A DNA stretch of 63,960 nucleotides, counting the filler, from Reticulomyxa filosa (lineage: Eukaryota; Protista; Foraminifera), in assembly GCA_000512085.1 (NCBI GenBank). It is 23 parts of 23 records of this genome, joined end to end, with 100 filler letters (N's around TTAATTAATTAA, not from the genome) between each part and the next. Parts side by side here need not be neighbours in the genome. Positions count along the whole stretch, not along the records: positions 23,321 to 25,035 come from ASPP01011389.1; positions 25,136 to 27,968 come from ASPP01004731.1; positions 28,069 to 29,654 come from ASPP01014262.1; positions 29,755 to 30,966 come from ASPP01036770.1; positions 31,067 to 32,213 come from ASPP01022036.1; positions 32,314 to 33,447 come from ASPP01023270.1; positions 33,548 to 35,381 come from ASPP01028482.1; positions 35,482 to 39,079 come from ASPP01019915.1; 15 more parts are not named here. The stretch is one strand, 5' to 3'. Made by a program: the position numbers and the translations under genes. The notes beneath the pieces are model-generated. The model searched no databases. It had not been told where the DNA came from and saw only the letters and a program-made list of their open reading frames with translations. Below, one piece after another: positions 24,588-35,520 of this stretch (its first letter is position 1; every line of letters starts with the position of its first letter).

Positions 24588-25035
24588 TCACTCGACGAGC
24601 TGCTGAAGAAATTGGAAATCGACTTGAAACTCCTGGAAGAAGCGAGCTTTTGTGAGACTGGAGACATTGAGGAAGGCCGAGTGAACGGCGCCCTTTTCAC
24701 CGGCGGCCGTGCGATGATGTCCGAAAGTGTCAAACATGTACTGTGTACTGCGACGCTTACCAAACTGGGAAAATACGTGAGAGATGTTGCGGTTCATATG
24801 TTCGAGCATGAATTGGGTGGACAGAGCAATATCATTGCGATCGTACAATAAAATGTAATCATAAAAATCAATCAAATCATGCAACAGACATGTTTCCATT
24901 TGATAATTGCTGTGTTGTTCCAAGCCAAACAAGTACGTATACATATGAGTAGCAGGGTGAGTATACGTATCAATATCGACATTCGTGTTCGTATTTGTAT
25001 TCGTATTTGAATCCATATCCAAAACACTACGACGA
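24588..25035 (-). CDS. Hypothetical protein fragment
   Basis: 144-aa ORF with an NT dipeptide repeat in a GC-richer island; the opposite strand is also partly open, so strand is uncertain. Confidence 0.4.
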
Positions 25036-25135
25036 NNNNNNNNNNNNNNNNNNNNNNNNNNNNNNNNNNNNNNNNNNNNTTAATTAATTAANNNNNNNNN
25101 NNNNNNNNNNNNNNNNNNNNNNNNNNNNNNNNNNN

Positions 25136-25495
25136 GAAACAAATCCATTTTGGAAGTGGGGGAGGTGGTTGTTGTTTTGATGGTAGCCACGGAGGAAGTG
25201 GCGGTGGCATATTTGAATTAATAATTGAACAACAATTAATCAACCATGGCTCGATTCAATCCAATGGAGGAGATTCAGATCGTGGTGGTGGCGGAAGTGG
25301 AGGATCAATCTTAATTGAATTCCGTTGTCATGGAAATACGTGGAAACATACTTTTGGCATTATCAGATGCATTGGAGGTAATCAAACAAAACAAATGAAG
25401 GTGGAAAAGGAAGAATTGCAATTTATGGCATTGAATTATCAGCAAGTGATATCAAAGATATCTATCCAGTACCATTTAATAAGCTTTGTAAATAA
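25136..25495 (+). CDS. Glycine-rich domain protein, 3' fragment with a frameshift near 25390
   Basis: KQIHFGSGGGG..GGSGGGIFELIIEQQLINHGSIQSNGG..GGGGSGGSILIE, then NEGGKGRIAIYG..CK*. Confidence 0.7.
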
Positions 25496-27738
25496 CGTTA
25501 CAGCATACAGTAGTTTGCAAAAAAAAAAAAAAGGAACATATTATGCTGCTTTATAAAGATAATTGATCTTCTGCACAAAAAACAAGATTTAATTTTTTAA
25601 AAATACTGTCTTTTACTTATTGTTTTTTAGTAGTTTTTAATTTTAAAATTTATGATTTATTTCTTTGTCAGAATAGTGTTGTTTGTAGTAATGCAGTGTT
25701 TTTTTGTAATGTCAATGTAAAATTTTAATTATTCTTATTTTTAATGCTTTTATGTTTTTGCGTAATTTAATGGTACAAAAAAAATCTCAACTGAATAAAA
25801 AAAATAATACGTTAAAATTGTCAGCTCTATAATTAGAAACTTAAAAAGATTCTTGCTTTTTTTTTTGCAAACTTTCCCAATCAAGGCAATGTTTAAAAGT
25901 TTTATCATTTCGTCTATGCAAGTCAATATCTTGTACATGCATAAAGAACATTCAATTTGTATTTCAAAAAGTTACAATCCTAAAATTAGATATATTTGGT
26001 TGTCCTTTTAATATCTTAACTTCGTAATGGACTTCTTTGCAAAGCCCCCTTTTTTTGTAATGTGAAATACAATCCACATTTTAATGGCATACAGTATATT
26101 TCATTAGCCCCTTCAATTCAGGAGGTTAATAGATCTTGAGAAGGTGATCACAACGCTCCACTTAAAAAACATGACTGCAGTTCACTGAACTAAAAAAATA
26201 CATAGCTGATACACAATTTGATTATACGTGTCAGATTTTTCGGGTCGACAAATCCGATTTTGGAGGGGGATAAAGAACGGTTTTTGTTTTAAACACATTT
26301 AAATGAATTATTGTCCGTAAGAAGTAAAAATGAACTTTATTTTTTTAACATAAGAAAAAATAACCATCAAAAATAAAACACAAAAGTAGTTGTGAATTAG
26401 TTATAAATTCAGCAACTTTCACTCAAAATTCTTTGTTATCTGAGTGCCAACTAAATCATGTACGGACCTCATAGTATTCAATTTATTTCGGTTGGTAGCT
26501 GTTTACTGTCCATTGCAACAACAAATAGATTACAAAAATTGGAATGGTTCTGGAAATTACTTTCTGTTACGGTCGTTGTAACGCCAGAAATTATTAAACG
26601 TTTTCTTTTTAATTTTTTTCTTCAGATTTCTTTCATACAGCACTGATAACATCAAATGTATATTTTGTCAATGAGATTAATTCTTATCTCAAGACCAATG
26701 GACGATACAACTGTAAGTGAGTTATCCTAAAATGCAAAAACAAATTCTATTTTATTCAGCAGAGTTTTTTTTAAACTTGAAATTGGAGTGGCTTAAAAAC
26801 ATGTTTTAAAAAGGATTTTTTTTTGTTAAATGTCGAATGAAAAAATACTCTTTTCGGAACACAAGCAACAAAAATTGGTATGCATGGACAAATTACATAA
26901 AAACATTGCATTTTATGCATATCCTTTATCCGCTCTGCTTTCTCTCGGCAATGAAAAGCAGAAAGATCACACTTATAAACAAACAGACAAAGTGATACCA
27001 ATGCAAAAAGTCTCGAATGATTTACTTTTTTATTTTCCTTTGATTTTTTTTTTAAAAAAAGAATACCATTTACTAATGTCTTTCTTTGATATATCGATTT
27101 TATTATAATCATAATGTATTCCACCAAAGTAATTTCGCGTTTTATTTTTCTTACAATAATTTCATGATCACAATTATTCAATTAATATTATATCATTTGC
27201 ACACTCAAATATGTATCAAAAATAAACAGATGATCATACATTTCATATAATTTTGAATAAACTAGAAATTAAAACAAAAAAAATTCTTGTTGACTCCAAT
27301 AAAAGTTTTTTTAAGGAGAAATAAAACATTTTTTGCTAGTAAAGAAGTAAAAATAATAAGAAATTAAAAATTATTTCAGTCCTTCATCAACTATAATTAT
27401 ATTCTCTTTGTATAGTTTTTTAGAAGTTTGTTAATTATTTGCAATGACAAAAAAAACAACTCTTTTCTATAGAAAAAAAATTACATTGGTGTGTATGTAT
27501 AAATAATAGATGGTTAATACTCTACAAAATAAAACACTTATTTATCATATAAGAATTTTTTATTGACCCTTCGTGAGCTTAAAAAAAAAAAATAAAAAAA
27601 AAGAAATCTCTTCATCATCTTTGCATCATCAAGGAAAAAAATGAGATACTTTAGCTCAGTAATAAAAGTTTCGTTTAAGTTGCTTTTTTACGCTTTTCTT
27701 CATATTTTTTTTCTCATTTTGCTTTATGATTAAAACAG

Positions 27739-27968
27739 TCAAAAGAAGAAAAAGAGATCCAAGTCATTATTTATCATTGGATTCGAATATTCAACATTAA
27801 ATTGGGATGGATCAAAGATTTTGACAAACTCGTTATCAAATATGTTAGTCCATTTGTCCTTTCTTTTTTTTTAAGTACTAATCAAAATATTTAAATGCTT
27901 ATTTAACATAGGCATCTACTTTCTTCATGTTTGACACATTTCGTTCATCATCCCACTTACTCAATACA
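27739..27968 (+). CDS. WD40-family gene, conserved N-terminal leader exons (truncated by gap)
   Basis: EEKEIQVIIYHWIRIFNIKLGWIKDFDKLVIKY, intron, ASTFFMFDTFRSSS; same structure as 33064-33290 and 55500-55710. Confidence 0.75.
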
Positions 27969-28097
27969 NNNNNNNNNNNNNNNNNNNNNNNNNNNNNNNN
28001 NNNNNNNNNNNNTTAATTAATTAANNNNNNNNNNNNNNNNNNNNNNNNNNNNNNNNNNNNNNNNNNNNGGGGAAAAAAAAAAAAAAAAAAAAAAAAG

Positions 28098-29600
28098 GTG
28101 AGTATTTTATAATCGACCTGTCGATCTACGCATTGCAATGGGTATTGTTTGCAATAATACTGCTACTATGGCGAGTTCATTTCGACGACTATTATAACAT
28201 ACGCCAGGACTTCATTCGGTCGATAATGGCTGTGTTTGTGATGCTATTGTACTTTGCGGGACTGGATAAGTTGGAAAGCTCTGGCAATGTAGACTTACTG
28301 TCTTATACCATTGCCACGTGTCCAGTATATTCGGTGATATTATTCATATGCGCGCTGCTGGTGACATGGTATCCAATGTACCGACAAGGCTTGGACTTTC
28401 CATTGCTTGGTTGGCTTCGTTTCAAAGCCGCCCACGCCAATGCAAAGACAACCATCACTGTTTTCACATACTTGGACACGATCAAACGTCCCAAGAGCGA
28501 GTATTCTCCCGCCAAAATCCGGATTGTTCCTGCGTCTCCGGCTGCTGTTCGCGACAATGAACACGAGCATGAGCCCGAACTTAAGATTGACACCAGTAAT
28601 GCCAATCCAAGTGTAAATCCTCCTTTATCATTGCAGCAACAAGAGCAACAAGAGCAGCAACAACAACAACAACAACAGCAACAACAACAACAACAACAAG
28701 AGAAGCAACGACCACCACTACCACAACGCCAGCAATTAATAAAACTGTCGTCGATCGAACCTACGTATCCCCTTTCACCGACCACGGAATTAAAGCCCAA
28801 TGAAATCACTGTCACCGATCGCGGCTTGTCTCCGGAACCGGTGCTGTCTATCTCGCAAATGGAAATGGTCATGTCTGTCAGCGCAGGCGACGACGAAGAG
28901 GTCAAAACACACAACCAAGAATACTCGCTGGACGAACTCGACTTTGAAGAAGTGTTCATGGAAATCGAAGTGTCCATCAGCGCGTCACAACTCCCAGCCG
29001 ATCCAATGTCCCCAAGACCTACAATACAACAGCATGACCCCAATGTCAAGGAGGACAATACCACTACTACTACTACTAATAATAATGATAATAAAAATGA
29101 CAATAATGCTACTGCTACTACGACGACGACGACTGTTAATAATAATAACGAGAAAAATAAGGGTAAGTTTTTCTTTGATATTCGGAATCGTCAGAACAAC
29201 GCCAAAACTCGCAAGCGCACGAGAAGCAAAGTCGTGAAACAATTGTACGTTCGATTGGAAAAACTACTTCGCGACGACAGTGGGTTCGACGCGTTTATGA
29301 AGCATTGTTTAAGAGAATTCAGCAGCGAGAACCTGCTTTGCGTGGTGGAGTGTGTTCAGTTCCAACAGTACGCTTTGGACCATATCTGGAAGGTGGAAGA
29401 GAGTGAGGTCACTATTGATTACGCCAATGGCAAAGTGGTCGCAACTATGAATCGTGGGCAATTACGCAAGACTATCAATTACCTGAAGTTGTGGAAAGGT
29501 TTACCCTTGTCTGAAATTGTATTTGACGAACAGTTGACCATTGTTGACAAGGCTAAAAAATTAATGGAAAAGTACATTCTTCCGAAATCAGCATTTGAAA
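28098..29600 (+). CDS. Multi-TM receptor-like protein fused to an RGS domain (7TM-RGS type), internal exon
   Basis: Three hydrophobic helices around DDYYNIRQDF, a long Q/T/N low-complexity linker, then GFDAFMKHCLREFSSENLLCVVECVQF..LMEKYI..SAFE. Confidence 0.88.
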
Positions 29601-29617
29601 GTATGTTGCATTTTTAT

Positions 29618-29654
<37 letters not shown>

Positions 29655-29754
29655 NNNNNNNNNNNNNNNNNNNNNNNNNNNNNNNNNNNNNNNNNNNNTT
29701 AATTAATTAANNNNNNNNNNNNNNNNNNNNNNNNNNNNNNNNNNNNNNNNNNNN

Positions 29755-29857
29755 ATTGAAAAAGAAAGTAAATGATAATGAGCAAAAATTAAAAAATGAT
29801 AGTTGTGTTCACTTATACTATGGCTCATATGATGGTTTAATTCGTGTTTGGAGATGA
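29755..29857 (+). CDS. WD40-family gene, extreme 3' end
   Basis: LKKKVN...VHLYYGSYDGLIRVWR* matches the family C-terminus seen at 53646, 54418 and 35189. Confidence 0.65.
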
Positions 29858-31129
29858 ATATGTATGAATGAAATTTTATTTAATTTTCATTTTTTAATTT
29901 ATTCAATTTATATATACTTTGGATTATTGTTTGATTTATTTTTGAAATTTTTGTCATTTAAGAAAAAAAAAGGTTTATAATATTTTTGTACGCTTTTAAT
30001 AAGATGTGAGAAATAATTTGCTCTAAAAACTGAATTTGTGTACTTTATACTTTTGAGAAGAGAAATGCATATCAATCAAAAAAATGTCAATATTTTTAAA
30101 CATTACAAATAATAATAATTTAAAATCAAGCAGTTTCTCAAGATTAAATTGAGACCTATCAATGCTTGTTGTGTTAGCACTTTTTTAGGATTAAAGGAAA
30201 AGATGTTTGAGATAAAAAGAAAAAAAATTTGTTAAAAATTGAATATATCACATGCTTAATAGTTTTAGATTGAAAAATCAACCAAAAATGCGTAATAAAT
30301 TCAATAGTAAGCAAATATTTTCAACTTTGTTCTGAAATATGTTGATAGAATTTAAGTTTAGTATATTTAATGTCGGTATTACGCACACCAAAAAAACAAT
30401 TTACTGAAGTGCTGTAAATTATAAAATTCATTCCAAAAGCTATTATATTCAAACTCAAATTGACATAAGTTTTTCAAATACTTAAAATACACTACCAACA
30501 ACAACAAAATTATAGTAAACTACAATTTTCAACAACAGAGACTTTAGTATTGGATTAACACTACTAACAAATTGCAAATAAAATTTAAAATTAGACTAAG
30601 CAAAAAAATTTTAAAAAACTATTATCTTTCTTCTACATCAAATTTTGCTGGCACTTTTCAAAGGGCTATTTTTTTGAAACATGACGGATCAGTAATGCGC
30701 AGAAACATCGACACAACAAAGACAAGAAGAATGAAAAGGAAGAAAAGAACAAAAAAAGAAACAAAAAACAAGTAGTAATAACGACAGATGTTATTTGAAA
30801 AAAAAAACAATAAAAGTGCAGCATAAAGCGAAAGAATACAAGATAAACATAGTCAGTTCAAAGCCAAATGAAAACTGCGACGATAACAATGGTGATAGTG
30901 TTGTCTCAAATGAAAAAAATTGTGATGTCCTTTGTAATATAAAAGAATTAAATAAACAAGTATTTANNNNNNNNNNNNNNNNNNNNNNNNNNNNNNNNNN
31001 NNNNNNNNNNTTAATTAATTAANNNNNNNNNNNNNNNNNNNNNNNNNNNNNNNNNNNNNNNNNNNNCAAATTAACAAAACCAGATAAAATAAATTTGAAA
31101 TTTAACAAATGTTGACGGAAAAATTTTCC

Positions 31130-32213
31130 CTAAAAAAAAATTTGGTTTCTGGGCCTTTACTGGACTCTCAATACCACGATCATTCAATAATATGACTGAT
31201 ACATTTAATGTATTTGGTTATGAATCGTGTTGGGTGGAAATTTCATGTCCTGATCAAAGAAATCGTTATTGTTCTGCAATTTCTATCGAAATCTGCAGTA
31301 CAGTCACTTTAATATTCAAGCATTCGAGCAAGAATTACAATATGCTCAGAAAATTACTGAATACATTGTCATTGGAGGAGATTGGAATGCACATCATCCT
31401 GCACGGTTGGATCATAACATCGATGATGTGGGTGAATGTATTCTTGATTTCATTGTATTCAATGGACTACATATTTTAAATACAATGCCACTTGACGAAG
31501 GATAATGCGACATCAAGCATTGATATCACATTATATTTATATATTCTTCCATTTGTTAGTAATGGATAACAGATAACATTGAATTGGATATGCAATCAGA
31601 TAATCTCCCAATCACGTTCAATATCAAAACCACGAATTGAACGACAAAAGATTGAGACTTGGAATCTGAGGAGCAACAAATGGGAACAATTTAGATTGAA
31701 AAGAAACATTAACAGTTGAACCTTGGGCCAAATGTATTGTTGAAGCTGGTGAAGCGATAATTGGTATCAGGACAATACGGAAAGGCAACAAGCCATGATG
31801 GAGTGATAGGTTAAGTCGATTACGAAAGAGTTAGAGCTGATTTCGTAAACAAAGAACACCAAGGAATTTGATATCAAAGTGATATCACAAGAGAGGAAGT
31901 TATTGAAGCATTGAGACATTTGTCTCCATACAAAGCTCAAGGTCCTGATAACATCCATAATCAAATGCTTAAGATAGTGGCAATGCAATGATTGATTCGT
32001 TGGTATTTCTATTTGGATGGAGTTATATGCCAATTGCATGGAAAAAGGCAGAATTGTTATTTCGATTGGCTGAGACGATCCACAAGTCATTCAATTGCAA
32101 TTCAGTAATGGAACCAATTCAGAATGGATAGAATTCAAAACTGGTGTTCCTCAAGGATCTGCTTTATATCCAATATTGTTCCTATTATATATTAATGATC
32201 TACCGACAGTGAT
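31130..32213 (+). mobile_element. Degenerate non-LTR retrotransposon (APE endonuclease and reverse transcriptase remnants)
   Basis: YIVIGGDWNAHH, SSIDITL and SDNLPITF (APE); EVIEALRHLSPYKAQGPDNIHNQMLK and GVPQGSALYPILFLLYINDLP (RT); stops, frameshifts and large internal deletions. Confidence 0.92.
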
Positions 32214-32624
32214 NNNNNNNNNNNNNNNNNNNNNNNNNNNNNNNNNNNNNNNNNNNNTTAATTAATTAANNNNNNNNNNNNNNNNNNNNNNNNNNNNNNN
32301 NNNNNNNNNNNNNAATATCCAATTTTCATTATCTTCTAAACCCCAATTAATGCTTTTTGATTTCATCAACTAGAATTTCTTTGTAAATATATGTACTTAC
32401 ACATCAATTAATGTTACATGCATAAACATGTCTTCAAACTCCAAAGCAAGACCACACGATTATGCTTCCACTACCAATTTGATATTTTTATGATGAACGT
32501 CAGCTTCGATTTACGCAAACATTCATGACTTACACAAAATTATTTTGTAACTTTGCGCAATCTCCAGCACTGACGCACCAGCTCAACAGAATGTCTTTTG
32601 TTCAAATTCTAAATCCTTTAGTAA

Positions 32625-32820
32625 TTTTCAAAAAATAATTAAAAAACTCAAATATCGAACTACATTGAGCTAAAAAAAAAGAAAAGAAAAATAAAGGATA
32701 AAATATTGAAATAATTAGCAAAGATATAATAAAAACTAAATTCAAAATGATATTTAAAAAATACACAATTTGTAGATCTTTTTTTAAAAAAATTAGGTCT
32801 GAGTGTTGTTTTTTCATGTC
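32625..32820 (+). repeat. Dispersed AT-rich repeat, copy 2, just upstream of a WD40 gene
   Basis: Homologous to about 175-310. Confidence 0.7.
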
Positions 32821-32945
32821 ATTAAAAAAAATCATATCTATTGCCAAAATATTTTTGAAAATCCCTTTCATTGCCCTTGAGAGGAAAAAAAGTTCAATAC
32901 CTTCTATTTTATATCGTCAAAAACAATCTTAAGAAAAAAAACAAA

Positions 32946-33447
32946 ATGACAACTCTTAGCAATGAGAAGCGAACTTCAACACAGCTAGCGTTGGTAAGCT
33001 TTAGTGCAAGCTTTCAGAAAGTTTGAATCACAAATTACATACAACAAATAAAACAACAAACAGTCTGAAGAAGAAAAGGTTCAAATAATTATACAACATT
33101 GGATTCGAATATTGAAAATCAAATTAGGATGGATTAATGAGTTTGACAAACTTATTGTCAATTATGTTAGTTCATTTATTTTTTCTTTTTTTTAAAATAC
33201 CAATCAAAATATTCAAATGTTTATTTAACATAGGCATATAGTCTATTCATATTTGACACATTTCGTTCATCATCCAAATTAATCAATACATTCAATGCAC
33301 ATGGAGGCAGTGTGTGGAATATTGATTATTCAACATTTGATGATTGTCAATTCATTTGTTCTGGATCAAATGATTACACAGTTCGTGTATGGGATGTTGA
33401 TAACAACAAACAAATTCAATCATTCAATGGACATTCATCTGAAGTGT
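32946..33447 (+). CDS. WD40-family gene, 5' part (three exons), truncated by gap
   Basis: MTTLSNEKRTSTQL / EEEKVQIIIQHWIRILKIKLGWINEFDKLIVNY / ..VWNIDYSTFDDCQFICSGSNDYTVRVWD. Confidence 0.85.
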
Positions 33448-33580
33448 NNNNNNNNNNNNNNNNNNNNNNNNNNNNNNNNNNNNNNNNNNNNTTAATTAAT
33501 TAANNNNNNNNNNNNNNNNNNNNNNNNNNNNNNNNNNNNNNNNNNNNTTTTTTTTTTTATTTCTGGAGTCACTATTATTA

Positions 33581-34617
33581 TTACTCTTCATTCCACTGTG
33601 ATGATTCATAATCTTCAAAATAATTTTTGTTTTGTCTCATCTCATTTTCACCATAACTCCAAATACTCTGTGATGTATCTTTTTCATTACTATTTCCATA
33701 ACAATTATTATCTATATCCATTTCCTGTTTCCGACCAACTTGTGATTTTCCATAATCATATTTGTTTGAAATTGTATTATTATTTTCAATATCCATTTCA
33801 CTACGTTTTGTAGAATGATTTTTAGAGTCAGTAAAAGAAGAGTTATTTTCAGTAAATGAATTCAGATTTGATTTATAATTTCCTTCTTCTTCTTCTCCTG
33901 GAAAAAATTGTTCATCATCAAGACAATCAGGATTAATATCATACATCATTGAACTTTTATTTAAATTATTTGTCTTTGTTGATAACATTTGATTAACAAC
34001 ACCTTTTGCATTCTTTTTAATTTTTTCTTGTTCATTATAAAATTTATTTGGATCTTTATTTACTTCTGTAATTCGATCTCTAATTTCATGACCAGCACCT
34101 AAAATTCTTCCAAAACCAGTTCCAACAGTATCTTCATTAAATGTTTTTTCATTTAATTTTGGTCCTGGATTTAATGCAACTGATTCATTCTTTACAATTC
34201 GAATTAAATTATTACGAATTGGAGCCACTCTTTTTTTAATTTCTTCAATTTCTTCTTCATTTTTTAAATTTCTTACCAATGAATTCAACTCTAAATCAAA
34301 ATTTGTTAATTTTGCTTGAGCTAATTGTATATATTCTTTTTTTTTTTATTATGACAATCTTTTAAACTAATTTGTAAAAGATTGACTGATTGTGCCATTG
34401 CAAAATTTGACATTTCCAAACTTTTTATATCTTTATTCGTTGCTGCTTTTTTCAAACGTGTTACTCTTATTACTTCATTTAGATATCTTCGAATTACTAT
34501 GAAGCAATCATCCATTTGTTCTAATAATATTTGTTGCATTGCTATTTCTTGTTTCTGTACTACTTCTTGTTGTTGTCTTTGTTGTTGCGAAGTTGAACTA
34601 TACCAACTGCTGGACAT
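33581..34617 (-). CDS. Hypothetical coiled-coil protein; two ORFs joined by a 1-nt shift in A-run near 34337-34347
   Basis: ORF 34617-34321 continues as KEYIQLAQAKLTNFDLELNSLVRN.. into ORF 34288-33581; intronless, about 345 aa. Confidence 0.65.
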
Positions 34618-35188
34618 CTTTTTTTCTTTTAAATTACAGAATTAAAATGCAAAATTACACCAAAAAAAGCTACACGTTTTCAACAAACTGAAAAAGGAAG
34701 TGTTTTTTTTAAAAAAAAAAAAGTTCATACAAAAGATATTCTTAATTAAAAACAATTTACACAAAAAATATTTTTATTATCCTCAAAAAGAAATACAAAT
34801 TTACTTTAAAAATTTAAGAGAGATATTATATTTCAGTATCTTACTATTTTAATATTTTAATATTTTAATATTTATTAATTTAATAATTATATTTCATTCT
34901 TTTTTTTTTTTGCAAATATTTAATGATAGAAAATATTATCATCATAACAAAAAATATAAGATAAAATATTCCATTTAATGATATCAATTTCAATATTATT
35001 ATTATTATTATTTACTATAAAATGATGTATATTCAACATCATTTGATTAAACTTGTTTTTCAAAAAAACATTGAACGCAAACTTTTCAAAATAATAATAT
35101 AAAACACATCTTTTAATGCTTGCAATTCAATCAAATCAAACAAAATTTAATATCATCTTACTTACTTTTAATTAAACAAACAAGTAAA

Positions 35189-35381
35189 TTATCCCAATAT
35201 ACGAATGGAACCTTTGTGTGAACCATAATACAAATTCAAAGCATATGTAACATCCTTTGTCTTTTCTTTCTTTTTCAATTCAATAAATTTAAGACAAAAT
35301 ATTCCATCATCTTCTTTATTTCCTTCAATCACATGCAATTCATTCTTATTTGATCGAATATCCCAAAAACGAATTGTATTA
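35189..35381 (-). CDS. WD40-family gene, 3' end
   Basis: NTIRFWDIRSNKNELHVIEG..IFCLKF..LYYGSHKGSIRILG*. Confidence 0.8.
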
Positions 35382-35520
35382 NNNNNNNNNNNNNNNNNNN
35401 NNNNNNNNNNNNNNNNNNNNNNNNNTTAATTAATTAANNNNNNNNNNNNNNNNNNNNNNNNNNNNNNNNNNNNNNNNNNNNAAAAAAAAAAAAAACAACT
35501 AGTTCTGTTTTGATCCAATC

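Noticed and set aside
28303-29103. Poly-Cys ORF on the minus strand
   Set aside because: It is the antisense reading of the CAA/CAG poly-Gln tract of the TM-RGS gene.
34159-34200. ESVALNPGP in the minus-strand ORF resembling a 2A ribosomal-skip peptide
   Set aside because: It lacks the D and E of the D(V/I)ExNPGP consensus; only NPGP matches.
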